Assembly: GCA_965226555.1 (NCBI GenBank)
Contig: CBDDDG010000010.1
Location: 320,001-384,000 of the forward strand
Direction of reading: 5' to 3'
Origin: Salinispira sp.
Lineage (GTDB): Bacteria; Spirochaetota; Spirochaetia; DSM-27196; Salinispiraceae
DNA: 64,000 bases
Position 1 is the first letter of the stretch. Every line of letters starts with the position of its first letter. The notes beneath the pieces were generated by a model that did no database searches, was not told the origin of the DNA, and saw nothing but the letters and a program-made list of their open reading frames with translations. Shown piece after piece: positions 62,456 through 64,000 of the stretch. The position numbers and the translations under genes were made by a program.

Positions 62456-62653
62456 TTACTCCTCATTTTTGAATCCGCCTATTCGTGATCGGTACTCGAC
62501 AATGCGGTCAAGCATTGCCTCCTGAGTTTCCTTCACTATCAGGCGCTTACCGGAAAGCATAATGAGTGTTGTATCCGGATTGTGCTCAATACACTCAATT
62601 TGATGGGGGTTAACAAAATACACTGTACCATCCAAACGGGTTACTTCTATCAT
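62456..62653 (-). CDS. flbD: Flagellar FlbD family protein
   Basis: MIEVTRLDG..VNPHQIE..PDT. Confidence 0.9.
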   Translation of the reverse strand: MIEVTRLDGTVYFVNPHQIECIEHNPDTTLIMLSGKRLIVKETQEAMLDRIVEYRSRIGGFKNEE

Positions 62654-62733
62654 ATCACAAAACACGCGGATATACTTCAAATCTTGTCAACCGCGCTCTC
62701 CTTCACCTACTTTCTAACTCGCCTTTTTTCCGA

Positions 62734-64000
62734 TTACCGCTTGAGTGTGAGCAATTCCTGAAGCATCTGATCAGAGGTCATAATGGTTTTACTGTTGGCC
62801 TGGAAACCCCGCTGGGTAACGATCATATCGGTAAATTCCTGTGCCAGATCAACATTGCTCATTTCGAGCACTCCGGCAACAACCCGTCCTTTTCCGGCTG
62901 TTCCAACCGGACCAACATCGGGATCGCCTGAATTGATACTTACCCGGTAATTATTATCTCCGGCCTTATCCAGACCGCCGGGGTTTACGAAACTGGCAAG
63001 CGCAATTTGCCCGATCGCGCGGTTTGTTCCGTTGTCGTATATTCCGGTTATTGTACCGCTTTGGTCAACACGGAAATCCTGAAGATAGCCCATTCCGTAG
63101 CCGTCCTGCCGAAAAATTTTGTTGGAGCTGACACTTGCGTATTGGGTTGAGGAATTCTCTGCGCTTCCCACCGATCCCAGATCAATGGTAAAGGTCTGGG
63201 TAATGGGGTCTCCCGGACCTCCGGTTCCCACAAAGGCTGGATCAATATCCGCGGGGTCTACGGGAATGGCGGTGTCGGGCACGGAAAAGCTTACTTCAAC
63301 ATTCAGGGTATCTGCATCGGTGAATCCGCCGGCAAGGCCGCCAACACTTTCAAGCAGACCGAAGTTATCGAACTGAACCTGATAGTTATTATCGCCGATG
63401 GCATTCGGCACGCCATTAACACTAATATTCGGAACAATGGCATTGCCTGCTTCATCCAGTATTTCTATTTCGGCATTCCATTGATTTACGGCGCCGACAA
63501 CCTTGGTATAGCTTACTTCAAGTGTGAGATTACGTCCGTAGGGATCGAATATCTCTTTGCTTGTGCGCCATGTTCCCGCGAGAATATCGTCCTGACCAGC
63601 GCCGGGAGGTATTTCGGGCGTATCGCGGTCCAAATTTGACGCGAGTTCAACGAGGATTGTCGCGCGCGCAGGGTCCTTTCCTCCAATCGGAATGAGCAGG
63701 TCTCCGGTGGCCGCCGAACTGTCAATGAAACTTGTTCCATCTATAAGCTGCGCGTTCCAGCCCTGCACTCTCATACCGTTGGCAGGGTTGACGAGTATTC
63801 CATCCGCATCAAGAGAAAATGCGCCAGCCCGAGTATAGTAATTCTGATCACCTTCACGAAGAACGAAGAATCCCTCTCCCTGAATGGCAACATCGGTCTT
63901 GACTCCCGTTGTCTGGAGAGAGCCCTGAGTAAAAATGGTATCGATGGACGCAACATTCACGCCAAGACCCACCTGCTGCGGATTCACTCCGCCAACCTGC
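62734..64000 (-). CDS. flgE: Flagellar hook protein (5' partial)
   Basis: YTRAGAF, LEMSNVDLAQEFTDMIVTQRGFQAN. Confidence 0.95.
   Translation of the reverse strand, partial: QVGGVNPQQVGLGVNVASIDTIFTQGSLQTTGVKTDVAIQGEGFFVLREGDQNYYTRAGAFSLDADGILVNPANGMRVQGWNAQLIDGTSFIDSSAATGDLLIPIGGKDPARATILVELASNLDRDTPEIPPGAGQDDILAGTWRTSKEIFDPYGRNLTLEVSYTKVVGAVNQWNAEIEILDEAGNAIVPNISVNGVPNAIGDNNYQVQFDNFGLLESVGGLAGGFTDADTLNVEVSFSVPDTAIPVDPADIDPAFVGTGGPGDPITQTFTIDLGSVGSAENSSTQYASVSSNKIFRQDGYGMGYLQDFRVDQSGTITGIYDNGTNRAIGQIALASFVNPGGLDKAGDNNYRVSINSGDPDVGPVGTAGKGRVVAGVLEMSNVDLAQEFTDMIVTQRGFQANSKTIMTSDQMLQELLTLKR

Noticed and set aside
1..64000. tRNA/rRNA genes or prophage
   Set aside because: No cloverleaf or rRNA signatures and no phage structural or integrase genes recognised by eye.

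Overview
Bacterial chromosomal window from a spirochaete (Spirochaetia-type flgE-flbD-motAB-fliLMN/Y-fliOPQR-flhBAF-flhG-fliA/whiG-fapA cluster; spirochaete-like housekeeping genes). The right ~35 kb is mostly intact core genome: proB, fabG/fabF, rplM/rpsI, pcrA/uvrD, rodZ, lolA and the flagellar operon. Accessory DNA is scattered through the window. It includes a complete DDE insertion sequence (24-bp TIRs, 9-bp TSD), an IS3 remnant, a 232-bp MITE, two paralogous FN3+BspA(DUF285) lipoprotein genes, an Rpn/YhgA-like gene, tandem ankyrin genes, a caspase-like lipoprotein, a lipoprotein whose start contains 30 perfect heptamer repeats, and an orphan DNA methyltransferase inside the flagellar operon. 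The most notable observations are four. (1) A dispersed ~54-bp bulged-hairpin family (6 copies, with compensatory changes) sits at accessory-gene boundaries. (2) A DUF3095 cyclase-like gene is followed by a proteasome-beta-like Thr1 protein and a small acidic ORF. (3) A (GGACACA)30 frame switch lies at the start of a lipoprotein gene. (4) The Rpn gene has an internal SD+ATG matching the intragenic-antitoxin architecture. Many single-base frameshifts cluster at ~8.3-24.9 kb, even in uvrB, and are probably assembly or read errors, so pseudogene calls there are provisional. All family calls come from motif recognition by eye; no database searches were run.
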